From Promethearchaeum syntrophicum (GTDB taxonomy: Archaea; Asgardarchaeota; Lokiarchaeia; Sigyniarchaeales; Promethearchaeaceae): a DNA stretch of 32,000 nt. The DNA lies in contig NZ_CP042905.2 in NCBI RefSeq assembly GCF_008000775.2, positions 390,001 to 422,000 on the forward strand. Direction: 5' to 3'. Under the pieces are notes generated by a model, which made no database searches, was not told where the DNA came from, and worked only from the letters and a program-made list of their open reading frames with translations. Both the position numbers and the translations under genes were made by a program. Shown in pieces: positions 1 to 8,668 of this stretch (positions within the stretch are counted from its first letter, which is position 1; every line of letters starts with the position of its first letter).

Positions 1-1
1 T

Positions 2-1141
2 TTAGATAAATACCCTGAAAGAATTCGGAAATTACGTGGTTTTAACGAAGATTCTGGTCAACTTTTTCACGAAGCTTTCCTTGAAGGACTTGATTATGCA
101 ACAGCACTTGTTTCAACTTTGGTCCTTGTTAATAGTATTATCAAAGCTTATGATATAATCGCTGAATATGGAATAGGGATGGTTCATCCTGTTGAAAGTA
201 TCGGGTTTCCAATGGATATGGATGTGACGTTGGTTAGTATAATTGCTAAGGCTAGAACAAAAAAAAATTCGTTTCAAACTAGACTTTTCTTCCAAACTAT
301 GGAAGTAAATAAAGCCCTTAAAAGAAAATTACCACGAATTGGTGGATGTTTTGCAACTGCATTGGATGGATGTTTTGGAGCTTGCGATGCTGGTCTGAAT
401 GAACCATATACGAACGATTTGAATAATAAAGGAATCTTATTTTATAAAGATGAAGATGTAATTAAATTTTGCAAAGAAGCGAATAGAGCGGGTTTACAAA
501 TTGAAATGCATACTATTGGAGATGCAGCAACTCACCAGGGTATAATGGCTTTAGAAGAAGCTCTAAAAGATTACCCCAGAGAAGATCATCGACATACTAT
601 TATCCATGCATGTTTAATTTCACAAGACAATCTAAAAAAATGTGCAAAATTAGGAATTGGAATTACTCTACAACCAGGATTTTTAATTAGTTCTTTAGAG
701 CCCAAAGAATATTTAGAAAAAATCTTGGGCCCTCAACGAGTAAAAGAAAGTTCACCTTTACGGGATATAATTGATTTAGGAATACATCTTAGTAGTGGTT
801 CCGATGCACCGGTTACTCATCCAGATCCAATCGTAGGAATGTACGGTGCATGTAATCATCCATTTGATCCGAATCAATCAGTGACTATTCAAGAAGCACT
901 AAAAATGAATACTTATGAAATTGCATATACTACCTTTGATGAAAAAGAGCGCGGTAGTTTGGAACTGGGAAAAATTGCTGATTTGGTTATTCTTAATCGA
1001 AATCCTCTAGCTATGGATCCCAAAGATCTCCTTCAATTGAAAGTGGAACAATTATATCTTTCTGGAAAGAAATTTAAACCTGGAATGTCCATTTTAGGAA
1101 TGCTAGGCAAGGGTCTTTTTCAAAGCACTAAATTAATTTAA
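2..1141 (+). CDS. Amidohydrolase family protein (YtcJ-like), 5'-truncated by the window edge
   Basis: The 119..1141 ORF frame is open back to base 2 (LDKYPERIRKLRGFNEDSGQLFHEAF...), so 119 (TTG) is not the real start. Amidohydrolase motifs: EMHTIGDAA, SSGSDAPVTHPDP, GSLELGKIADLVILNRNP. Confidence 0.88.
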   Translation, partial: LDKYPERIRKLRGFNEDSGQLFHEAFLEGLDYATALVSTLVLVNSIIKAYDIIAEYGIGMVHPVESIGFPMDMDVTLVSIIAKARTKKNSFQTRLFFQTMEVNKALKRKLPRIGGCFATALDGCFGACDAGLNEPYTNDLNNKGILFYKDEDVIKFCKEANRAGLQIEMHTIGDAATHQGIMALEEALKDYPREDHRHTIIHACLISQDNLKKCAKLGIGITLQPGFLISSLEPKEYLEKILGPQRVKESSPLRDIIDLGIHLSSGSDAPVTHPDPIVGMYGACNHPFDPNQSVTIQEALKMNTYEIAYTTFDEKERGSLELGKIADLVILNRNPLAMDPKDLLQLKVEQLYLSGKKFKPGMSILGMLGKGLFQSTKLI

Positions 1142-1191
1142 TTTTTTTTCCAGATTTTTCCTTTATTGCCTATATATTTTTAATCTAAAAT

Positions 1192-1875
1192 TCAATTTTC
1201 AATTTCAAAAAGATCAAAAGCGTGAATTTCAAATGGAATTGGATTACCTAGGCGATTATATACTCCTAAAGAAGAGACATTATAGGGATTAGCCATAATA
1301 ATATTTACAGAAAATTTCCGAAAAGTATGTAAATCTGTAGAGCTTGGGTTATTATTCTTGTTCGGGTGAGAGTGACAAGATGCTACTAAAGTATTATCAT
1401 GTCTCATTCGATGTGGTAAAAAAATTGTTGATACTTCAGATGATTCTGAACCTGGAGCAATTATAAATTCCGCTAGAGAACCATTAATTACTCGCAATAA
1501 GCAGAAAGCTTCTTTTGGATGAAAATTTTTTGATAAATAGCTTATATCTTTAATAGTTTTATCTAAGAAATGAACTTTTAATCCAGCGATCATTTCAATA
1601 CTTTGTTTTAAAGCACCTATTACTAGGGATAATAATGGTGGATTAGACTTATCCCAATTTCGGAGAAGGGGAATAAATGCTTCGAAATCTCCCAAGATTC
1701 TTTGTATTTTTTTTGGGAGTGTCATTTTAGGTTTTTTTGGATATCGATTAAGGTTAATCGTTAACGATGCTTTGGGAAAGAGTGAAATCGTTAGGTTATT
1801 TGAGTCAATTATTGTAGTTTCCGGAAATTTTTCCAAGATTTTATCAATTTGATATTTTATTGTTAGCATTTTCAA
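1192..1875 (-). CDS. JAMM/MPN (JAB1/Mov34) metalloprotease-like protein with a possible N-terminal RWD/UBC-like domain
   Basis: JAMM signature SCHSHPNKNNNPSSTDLHTF (HxH...PSxxD) in the C-terminal half. The N-terminal ~100 aa show a UBC/RWD-like pattern (LTISLFPKASLTINLNRYPKKPKMTLP ... LLRNWDKSNPPLLSLVIGALKQSI). Overlaps the upstream CDS by 4 nt. Confidence 0.75.
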   Translation of the reverse strand: MKMLTIKYQIDKILEKFPETTIIDSNNLTISLFPKASLTINLNRYPKKPKMTLPKKIQRILGDFEAFIPLLRNWDKSNPPLLSLVIGALKQSIEMIAGLKVHFLDKTIKDISYLSKNFHPKEAFCLLRVINGSLAEFIIAPGSESSEVSTIFLPHRMRHDNTLVASCHSHPNKNNNPSSTDLHTFRKFSVNIIMANPYNVSSLGVYNRLGNPIPFEIHAFDLFEIEN

Positions 1876-2876
1876 TCATCAACATTTCTGAGTTTTGTAT
1901 TAGTTAGGATTAGTTCTTGTAACCTTTTTTTAGTTCTACAAAAAGCGCAAGTTTCCATATAAGTCCCCATTCCACATATGATGCATTTTTTTTCAGCTTT
2001 TTTTTCTTCAGAAATGGTTCCAAATAATGTCGGCTTTAATCTTTCTTGAAATTTCTTAACCATGTAAAACATTGTTCCCCGCCGAAATTCTTCGATTTTC
2101 AGCATGGATTTTTTTATATTTCCTGATGGAGAATCAGTAGCGTACTCACATTCAGTTGATAGATGATGGATTTTTGCATAATATGCATACATTACAATTT
2201 CTTGTTCATAAATAAAGTATAACGGTTTAATACGGGTTATTAATCCTTGAACTTCTGTCATTGTTGTAGGTCCCGCTCTACTCATTAATTCCATGTCGAC
2301 ATTAAAAAAATTTCCCATTAACTGAGTGGCCTCATCAGTTAAATTATGACCGGTTGCAACTTTTGTAAATTTATTGAGCACTGCAAATTTATTGATAAAA
2401 TATCTTTTGAATAACCCACAATAGGAACATTCTCCTCTAAATCTTCCCCCTTTTTTCCTATGTTTTCCTCCTTTTTGTAACAATCCTAGTTTATGAACTG
2501 TATCGATATCAAATTCAAGTTCGGTTTTAATATCTATCATATTCAAGGGGATTTCTAATTTTTCACAAAGATCTTTTGCAACTTCATACGAATCATTAGA
2601 ATAATTTTTGGGGGTAACTCCAACATTGATATATAACGCCTCAATTTGGATATCTTTGTTGTATATTTCATGAAGGATAGTTAAAAGTGTTTGAGAATCT
2701 TTTCCACCACTCAAAGCGACAAGAACCTTATCATCAGATGTAATTAGATTATATTGATTAATGGTTTTTTTAACTCGATCATGGATATAACTAATAAAAT
2801 GCATCTTACAGAGGGGCATTTGATTTAATGGGATTAAAATAACCGCTGGTTGAGAGCAGAATTTACATTTTTTCAT
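1872..2876 (-). CDS. TtuA/Ncs6/CTU1-family tRNA 2-thiouridine synthetase-like PP-loop ATPase
   Basis: PP-loop VLVALSGGKDSQTLL; ECSYCGLFKRYF plus ATGHNLTDEATQ; later TECEYA Cys; N-terminal CKFC...CKMH and C-terminal CIIC...CAFC zinc motifs. Confidence 0.88.
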   Translation of the reverse strand: MKKCKFCSQPAVILIPLNQMPLCKMHFISYIHDRVKKTINQYNLITSDDKVLVALSGGKDSQTLLTILHEIYNKDIQIEALYINVGVTPKNYSNDSYEVAKDLCEKLEIPLNMIDIKTELEFDIDTVHKLGLLQKGGKHRKKGGRFRGECSYCGLFKRYFINKFAVLNKFTKVATGHNLTDEATQLMGNFFNVDMELMSRAGPTTMTEVQGLITRIKPLYFIYEQEIVMYAYYAKIHHLSTECEYATDSPSGNIKKSMLKIEEFRRGTMFYMVKKFQERLKPTLFGTISEEKKAEKKCIICGMGTYMETCAFCRTKKRLQELILTNTKLRNVDD

Positions 2877-2920
2877 GCAACAAAATAAATATTAATTAGT
2901 AATTATTGAAATTTTTTATT

Positions 2921-3176
2921 ATGAACGAAAAGTATTTTGAAGCAAATTTAAAAAAATGGGATGAAGTTGTTGACATCCATGCCAAATCGAAATTTTATGA
3001 TTTGGAAGGATTTAAATCAGGAAAAACATCCTTATTTCCAACCTTATTTCCATCCATATGGATTTTTCGCAAAACATCCAGATATGAAAAAAGATAATGA
3101 TGGCTTTTGGCGTTTTAATACATTAAAACAAGAAATACCTTTGATGTTTTCAATTAAAGCAAGAAAACCAGAATGA
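2921..3176 (+). pseudogene. Remnant of a class I SAM-dependent methyltransferase gene (N-terminus joined out of frame to C-terminus)
   Basis: Frame 2 encodes MNEKYFEANLKKWDEVVDIHAKSKFYDLEGFKSGKTSL (typical methyltransferase N-terminus). Frame 3 encodes FHPYGFFAKHPDMKKDNDGFWRFNTLKQEIPLMFSIKARKPE* (typical C-terminus). The whole SAM-binding core is absent. Confidence 0.65.
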
Positions 3177-3196
3177 AATTTTTATTTATTCTCTAA

Positions 3197-4723
3197 TTAT
3201 TTACTTTCTTCAATTTCTACAACATCAAGTTCCACACATAGCATAGGATTACCAAAAATTTTTGAAAGAGAAGGATTGGTTCTTCCATTATCTCCATGAA
3301 TCATTTCTTTAATATACATTCCCCCTTGACTATTAATTTTGAAAAAACCATGTCGTGAATCCACATATTTGCCTGTAATTGAATGAATCTTCTTTTTTCT
3401 AGTTTTATCAGAACGTCTATGAACAACTCTTAGAGGAGTTCGTTGATTAATGATCTTGTCATTTAATATCTCTTCAGCTTTTTGTAAATTTTCTTTAAAT
3501 TCATTTTTAGAGATAGGTTGTGCGAAATATACTAGAGCATTGTAATTTTTCCTTAAATATTCAGAGGATCTTTTAATTTCTATAATATCTTTTTTAGTGG
3601 CAGATATAAGTGAGTCCACAAATATTTTAGTTTTATTATTTTTATTTATATTTTGAGCAACTTCTGTTAACTCTACTTTTCTAATTTTTGGATTCCTAAT
3701 TTCAATTATAAATGAACGCCCAGATCCTATACAGCGAGCATCAATATCTTCTCTACCCGCTCCATGAAAAAGCGCTTCTTCACCTTTGGTTACCTTTACA
3801 AATTCGTTTCCAATTAAATCTTGAATTGAACTTGGATATCTATCACCAGTTCCTCCGCATTCGGTACAAATTTTCTTAGTAAATTTATTAAATCCTTTAC
3901 CATGGCATTCAAAACAATGCCAATGAGTTTGGGGTAAATCTCTTACCCATTTTTTATATCGACCTTTAAAATATAACGGAAGTGACCTAAGATTGAAATC
4001 CATTTTTCCTTTTAATTCTAAATTAATCGTTATCATTAGTCCTGGTTGCTCATATTTTGGTTGTTTTTTCCATAGGTCCTGTAATTCTTTACCAATCAAG
4101 CGATTTAAATTCGCTTTAAACGATTCGCCATTTTTCAAATTAAATTTTGCTCGTAATTCGTCTTCTTTATCAGCCTGGACTGCATTCAAATGAGTTCCTA
4201 TTAAAAAATCAGAAAAATCATATTCACGTGTCTTAAAATTAATTGAATTACAAATTTCGCTTATATTCTTTGGCATTAGAATATTTTCACATAATTGACA
4301 ATTAAATTCCGTCGTTCCTGAAGAATTTGATAATGTTGAGAATATAAATTCTTTATCTTTGAATTGGTCGATAATTTTCCTAGCTGGAATGAAATTAGTT
4401 CTTCTAGCTAATAAGTCCAAAATTTCAATTGGATTTTGGTTATAAAACATAAACCTTTCTTGAAAAGTTGTTTTTGATAGTAACAAATGGCATTCCATTG
4501 TAATTCCTAATAATATTGCATGAGCGCGCTCAAAATTTGAAGTAGCTGTCCCTAAATATGAAAATTGACGTCCAAGGCATTCATTACATAAACAATTATA
4601 TTTGAGAAGATCGATTGTTTTCTGATAGATACTTGGAGAAAGATTTGTATAATTGATTTGAATTTCTTCTTCTTTCAGATCCTCAGATTGGGATTCTTCA
4701 TGGCTGATAGGACGATTTTCCAC
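3197..4723 (-). CDS. pus10: tRNA pseudouridine synthase Pus10
   Basis: Catalytic region LFHGAGREDIDARCIGSGRSFIIEIRNPK; N-terminal CLCNECLGRQF and CQLCENI cysteines; central CFECHGKG...CTECGGTGDRYPSSIQDLI; C-terminal TYVDS-like GKYVDSRHGFFKINSQGGMYIKEMIHGDNGRTNPSLSKIFG. Confidence 0.9.
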   Translation of the reverse strand: MENRPISHEESQSEDLKEEEIQINYTNLSPSIYQKTIDLLKYNCLCNECLGRQFSYLGTATSNFERAHAILLGITMECHLLLSKTTFQERFMFYNQNPIEILDLLARRTNFIPARKIIDQFKDKEFIFSTLSNSSGTTEFNCQLCENILMPKNISEICNSINFKTREYDFSDFLIGTHLNAVQADKEDELRAKFNLKNGESFKANLNRLIGKELQDLWKKQPKYEQPGLMITINLELKGKMDFNLRSLPLYFKGRYKKWVRDLPQTHWHCFECHGKGFNKFTKKICTECGGTGDRYPSSIQDLIGNEFVKVTKGEEALFHGAGREDIDARCIGSGRSFIIEIRNPKIRKVELTEVAQNINKNNKTKIFVDSLISATKKDIIEIKRSSEYLRKNYNALVYFAQPISKNEFKENLQKAEEILNDKIINQRTPLRVVHRRSDKTRKKKIHSITGKYVDSRHGFFKINSQGGMYIKEMIHGDNGRTNPSLSKIFGNPMLCVELDVVEIEESK

Positions 4724-4802
4724 ATCTAAATAAATGAAAATGATTGGAAAAAATTTGCGTTTTCGATATAAAGTTAAAAATAATCATTACTAATGGAATA
4801 TT

Positions 4803-5543
4803 ATGCTAACAAGCGAAGAATTGGAAAGGTATCAACGACAAATCCTAATTATAGGAAAAAATGGTCAAGAATTACTCAAACAAAAAAAAGTGCTCCAAGT
4901 GGGCTTAGGAGGCCTGGGATCTCCCCTCTCTTTATATCTTGTATCATCGGGAATTGGTGAATTAATTGTTTTTGAAAATGATGCTCTCTCATTATCCAAT
5001 TTAGGTCGACAAATTCTCTATAATACAGAGGATGTTAATATGTCCAAAGGAGGCCTCGCTAAATCTGTTCTTTCAAAATTGAATCCAAATATAAAAATTA
5101 CAATTATTAATGAACGTTTTACAATGCAAAGTGCTGAAAAATGTCTTAAAAACGCGAAAATTGACTATCTAGTTGACGCTTCTGATAATTTTGAGACTAA
5201 ATTTCTTATTAACGATATCGGTCTAAAATACAATATCCCCTTTACTATTGCTGGAATTCAAGGATTTGATGGACAACTAATTTCGGTAAATCCTCATGAA
5301 ACCGCTTGTTATCGATGTATTTTTGGTGATATGCCAAAGAATGATAAATTAAAACCAATCCCTGTTATGTCTCCAACTTGTGGTGTAGTGGGCTCTCTTG
5401 AAGCAAACGAAGTTATCAAAGGTCTTTTAAAAAGAGGAAAAAGGATAACTGATAACTTATTAATGATTAGTCTCGATTTAGGGGATTTTACACTTATTCC
5501 GATTAAGAAAAATCCCAACTGTGAATGTCAACTTAAGAACTGA
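4803..5543 (+). CDS. E1-like adenylyltransferase (ThiF/MoeB/HesA family)
   Basis: GLGGLGSPLSLYLVSSGIG, LSNLGRQILYNTEDV, VDASDNFETKFLIND, CYRCIFGDMP, PTCGVVGSLEANEVIKGL. Confidence 0.9.
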   Translation: MLTSEELERYQRQILIIGKNGQELLKQKKVLQVGLGGLGSPLSLYLVSSGIGELIVFENDALSLSNLGRQILYNTEDVNMSKGGLAKSVLSKLNPNIKITIINERFTMQSAEKCLKNAKIDYLVDASDNFETKFLINDIGLKYNIPFTIAGIQGFDGQLISVNPHETACYRCIFGDMPKNDKLKPIPVMSPTCGVVGSLEANEVIKGLLKRGKRITDNLLMISLDLGDFTLIPIKKNPNCECQLKN

Positions 5544-5545
5544 TA

Positions 5546-5848
5546 CTAATCTTTGTCGCTGGAAAACGGTTCTTTTAATATTTTCTCATCCATTTTAATA
5601 TCTGTTTCATTATCTACATCATCAGGGTATAATTTTTTTAATTTGTCAAGATCAGCAAAATTTCCACCATTTTCATTTGACTCAATTTCAAGATAAAAGG
5701 CACCTTCATAATCGCAATCTCGACAGCGATAAATTTCAGTTACTGCCCACCCCATGTTTCTCGCTCTATATAATGATGGTTTTTCACATTTGGGGCATAT
5801 TTTAATAGAAAAAGTTTTTTTCTTTCTTAATTTCTTCCAAAACGGCAT
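5546..5848 (-). CDS. Small zinc-ribbon protein, function unknown
   Basis: CPKC-x17-CRDC pattern (ICPKCEKPSLYRARNMGWAVTEIYRCRDCDYEGAFYLEI). Convergent with the E1-like gene and ends 3 bp from it. Confidence 0.6.
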   Translation of the reverse strand: MPFWKKLRKKKTFSIKICPKCEKPSLYRARNMGWAVTEIYRCRDCDYEGAFYLEIESNENGGNFADLDKLKKLYPDDVDNETDIKMDEKILKEPFSSDKD

Positions 5849-5924
5849 ATTAAATTCATTAAACTTTCTTTACCAAAAAAATTTCCTACCAAAAAGATTT
5901 AAGTTTTTAAATAAAAAATTAAAT

Positions 5925-8612
5925 GTGACTGAAATTCAATCTCTTCTGAAACAATTAGATAGCGAAGAAACAAGGCTTCTTACAATTAAGAGGTTAGGAA
6001 TGGTTTATGATCCTAACTTAGTAGATCACCTCGTAAAATATCTTTTGGATAAAAATGGTAAGATCCGAGAAGCAACAATTTTTGCATTGAGCGCTTTGGG
6101 AGAAGTAGATACTATTATAGATCCAATAATTAATTGTTTAGGGGATGAAGTAAAAGAAGTACAAATTGCTGCAATAAAGACTCTTGGTGAATTTCGTTCA
6201 ATTAGGGGAACAAAACCATTAATTAAAATGTTAAATAACTCAGATAATGATGTTAGAGCTGCAACTGTAGTTGCACTTGGTTTGATTGAGGATAAAAATA
6301 GTCTATTTCCATTGATAGATGCTCTGGAAGATAAAGATGAAGAAGTAAAGATTAATGCTATAATGGCATTGGGTCAAATTGGTGATCAACGCGCAATAGA
6401 TCCAATTATTGAATGCTTAAAAGGAAGTTTTCCAGTACAACAAATGGCAATTCTAACTTTAGGAAAATTTGGTGATAAAAAGATCATTTCTCCTCTCAAA
6501 AAACTTTTATCTTCCCCAAATCCAAAAATCAGACAATATGCGATCATGTCTCTAGGATCTTTAAAAAATTCTAAGATTATAGAATATGCTATAAGGCTTC
6601 TAGATGATGAAGATCCCTCTGTACAACGCGCTGCAGCATCATCATTAATGGGATTACATGATCAACAAATTGTAACATCATTTATAGATCGCTTGAAGGA
6701 CTCTAATCCTGAAATCCGTCAAACTGCTTGTAAGGCATTGGGGAATCTGAAGGATGAGTCTGCAGTTATGGGTTTAATTGAAACTTTAAAAGATATTGAA
6801 CCAGAAGTTCGGGAACAGGCTGCTCACTCTTTAGGGATATTGGGAGATACTTCAGCAACAAAGCCTCTTATTAGCCAACTTAAAAAAGACAATGATCCCA
6901 AAGTACGTGCAACAATTGCATTGGCCCTAGGTAAAATAGAAGGACAAGCATCTCATGGGGGATTATCTAAAAAATTTAGTGTTTCCTCCGCAATAAGACC
7001 ATTATCAAAAGCTTTATCTGATCCAGATTTAAAAGTTCGAGCCAATTCAGCAGAATCATTAGCAAAGATTTCAATTTCAGGAGGCTCGTTCAAAAAAGCA
7101 CAATCTTATTATGAAAAAGCAGCAGCAGAGTCATTAACTTGGGATTATCATCAAAGTATTTATCAAGCATGTGCAATTGGTTGTGGATTAATTGAATCGA
7201 TTTCAAAAGGAATATACAAAGACTACGTTGCAGAATTTGATTTAATATATGAGAATTTAGAATTATCTGCAAAAATGATTGGAAATCAAACATTTCTATC
7301 TTATAATTATTGGAAATTACTGCAAGTATTTAATTCAATCTTTCTAAGCAAAACTAAGGAGCAATTCATCCAATATTATAGAGATTTTGGATTGCAATTA
7401 CTACTATTAGCTAAGAAATTACCAGAAGAGAGTAGAGAAATATTAAATGAATCTCAAGATAAATTAAATGAAAAATTTACTATGATTGATAAACGAGGGC
7501 TACCTCTAGAGCAATCCATTGCAGAAATGGAAAAATTGAAAGAAGAGGTAAATGAGATTGCAAATAAAATATTGCAACTGGAACCATTAGAATTACGCAT
7601 GGAGGAAAAAACGAAGAAATCGGTCAAAGCGATTGAAAGCTTAATTTCCACAGTTGATGATATAGTTAGTGATAGTGAACCTACATTGAATGATAGTCCT
7701 ATTACAATTAGAATTACATCAAAAAAAGAACGGAATTTTAATTTAGAAGAAGTCGATTTTGGAACCAGTATATCGCTAGATCATAATAAACCCACTCCCA
7801 TAGCTTTAATACAATTACAAAAAGGGATTAAAAGAGAAAGTTATGTTCAGGAACCAAGAGATTTATGGGAGAAATCCGTACAAAGATATTACGATTATAA
7901 TATTTATCGCCATTCAAGAATTCTCCAATTTACAAAAGAATCAATTCAGATGCGTGCTAAACCTAAAATTATTGGATATCTTGATGATATGATATATGAA
8001 AGTAAAAAATTAGTAATTTTTCCTGAAAATTCTGTTCCATATTCTTATTTGGATAAATTACAGCAGTTTGCAGATCGATTTAATTTCTTCATAATTGCAG
8101 GAATCGAAACTATGGCTGAAAAAGGTTCATATTTTAATCGTGCTTATCTTATTGGGCCATTATTAGAAAGATTTTCATTTCAACAAAAAAATTCTCAAAC
8201 GGTTCTACCTCCCTCAGAGAAAAGCATTAGTGAATGGAGGGAAAATATCGAACCAACTATTCCACCTGTTTTTAAAATATTCAATTCCCCTTTTGGGAAA
8301 TTTTTGATTCTGATAGGTCAAGATATTGTTGAAAATTTGCAGTATTTACCATTTATTTTCCGTGAAAAAAGTTTGGATTTTGCGATATTATTAAACAATG
8401 GATATTTACATGATTCAACTCTAAAAGACATCCAAAATCTGGCAAATGAGACAAAGAAACCAATATTTCTTGTAAATACTGGTCAATTTGGTGGAACCGG
8501 TATTTATTTACCCAACCAAACAATGGATTCATTATTGCAGAATGAATTCACTGAAGGTATTGCTTCATATGAATTAGAAATACCTGAAGAAGAAGATCTA
8601 GAGTTATTATAA
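5925..8612 (+). CDS. HEAT/PBS-lyase-like repeat protein with C-terminal nitrilase (carbon-nitrogen hydrolase)-like domain
   Basis: Repeated ~31-aa HEAT units (e.g. DEVKINAIMALGQIGDQRAIDPIIECL, DPEVRE/NPEIRQTACKALGNLKDESAVMGLIETL). C-terminal LVIFPENSVPY...YFNRAYLIGP...FGKFLILIGQDI...LDFAILLNNG. The ORF is open from 5754 but the upstream part overlaps the opposite-strand gene; GTG at 5925 is a more plausible start. Confidence 0.82.
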   Translation: MTEIQSLLKQLDSEETRLLTIKRLGMVYDPNLVDHLVKYLLDKNGKIREATIFALSALGEVDTIIDPIINCLGDEVKEVQIAAIKTLGEFRSIRGTKPLIKMLNNSDNDVRAATVVALGLIEDKNSLFPLIDALEDKDEEVKINAIMALGQIGDQRAIDPIIECLKGSFPVQQMAILTLGKFGDKKIISPLKKLLSSPNPKIRQYAIMSLGSLKNSKIIEYAIRLLDDEDPSVQRAAASSLMGLHDQQIVTSFIDRLKDSNPEIRQTACKALGNLKDESAVMGLIETLKDIEPEVREQAAHSLGILGDTSATKPLISQLKKDNDPKVRATIALALGKIEGQASHGGLSKKFSVSSAIRPLSKALSDPDLKVRANSAESLAKISISGGSFKKAQSYYEKAAAESLTWDYHQSIYQACAIGCGLIESISKGIYKDYVAEFDLIYENLELSAKMIGNQTFLSYNYWKLLQVFNSIFLSKTKEQFIQYYRDFGLQLLLLAKKLPEESREILNESQDKLNEKFTMIDKRGLPLEQSIAEMEKLKEEVNEIANKILQLEPLELRMEEKTKKSVKAIESLISTVDDIVSDSEPTLNDSPITIRITSKKERNFNLEEVDFGTSISLDHNKPTPIALIQLQKGIKRESYVQEPRDLWEKSVQRYYDYNIYRHSRILQFTKESIQMRAKPKIIGYLDDMIYESKKLVIFPENSVPYSYLDKLQQFADRFNFFIIAGIETMAEKGSYFNRAYLIGPLLERFSFQQKNSQTVLPPSEKSISEWRENIEPTIPPVFKIFNSPFGKFLILIGQDIVENLQYLPFIFREKSLDFAILLNNGYLHDSTLKDIQNLANETKKPIFLVNTGQFGGTGIYLPNQTMDSLLQNEFTEGIASYELEIPEEEDLELL

Positions 8613-8668
8613 ATTAACTAAATTTCTATACACAAAAAATTAATAATTAATCTCTTTTTTCAAAATTC

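Noticed and set aside
113-295. Minus-strand 60-aa ORF
   Set aside because: Antisense within the well-supported amidohydrolase frame, low-complexity composition, no recognisable motif.
3993-4193. Plus-strand ORF inside Pus10
   Set aside because: Antisense shadow of a strongly supported gene; no family resemblance.
5309-5518. Minus-strand ORF inside the E1-like gene
   Set aside because: Fully antisense to conserved ThiF/MoeB motifs; chance open frame.
7090-7651. Minus-strand ORFs (7090-7293, 7454-7651) in the HEAT/nitrilase gene
   Set aside because: Antisense to a long supported CDS with no motifs.
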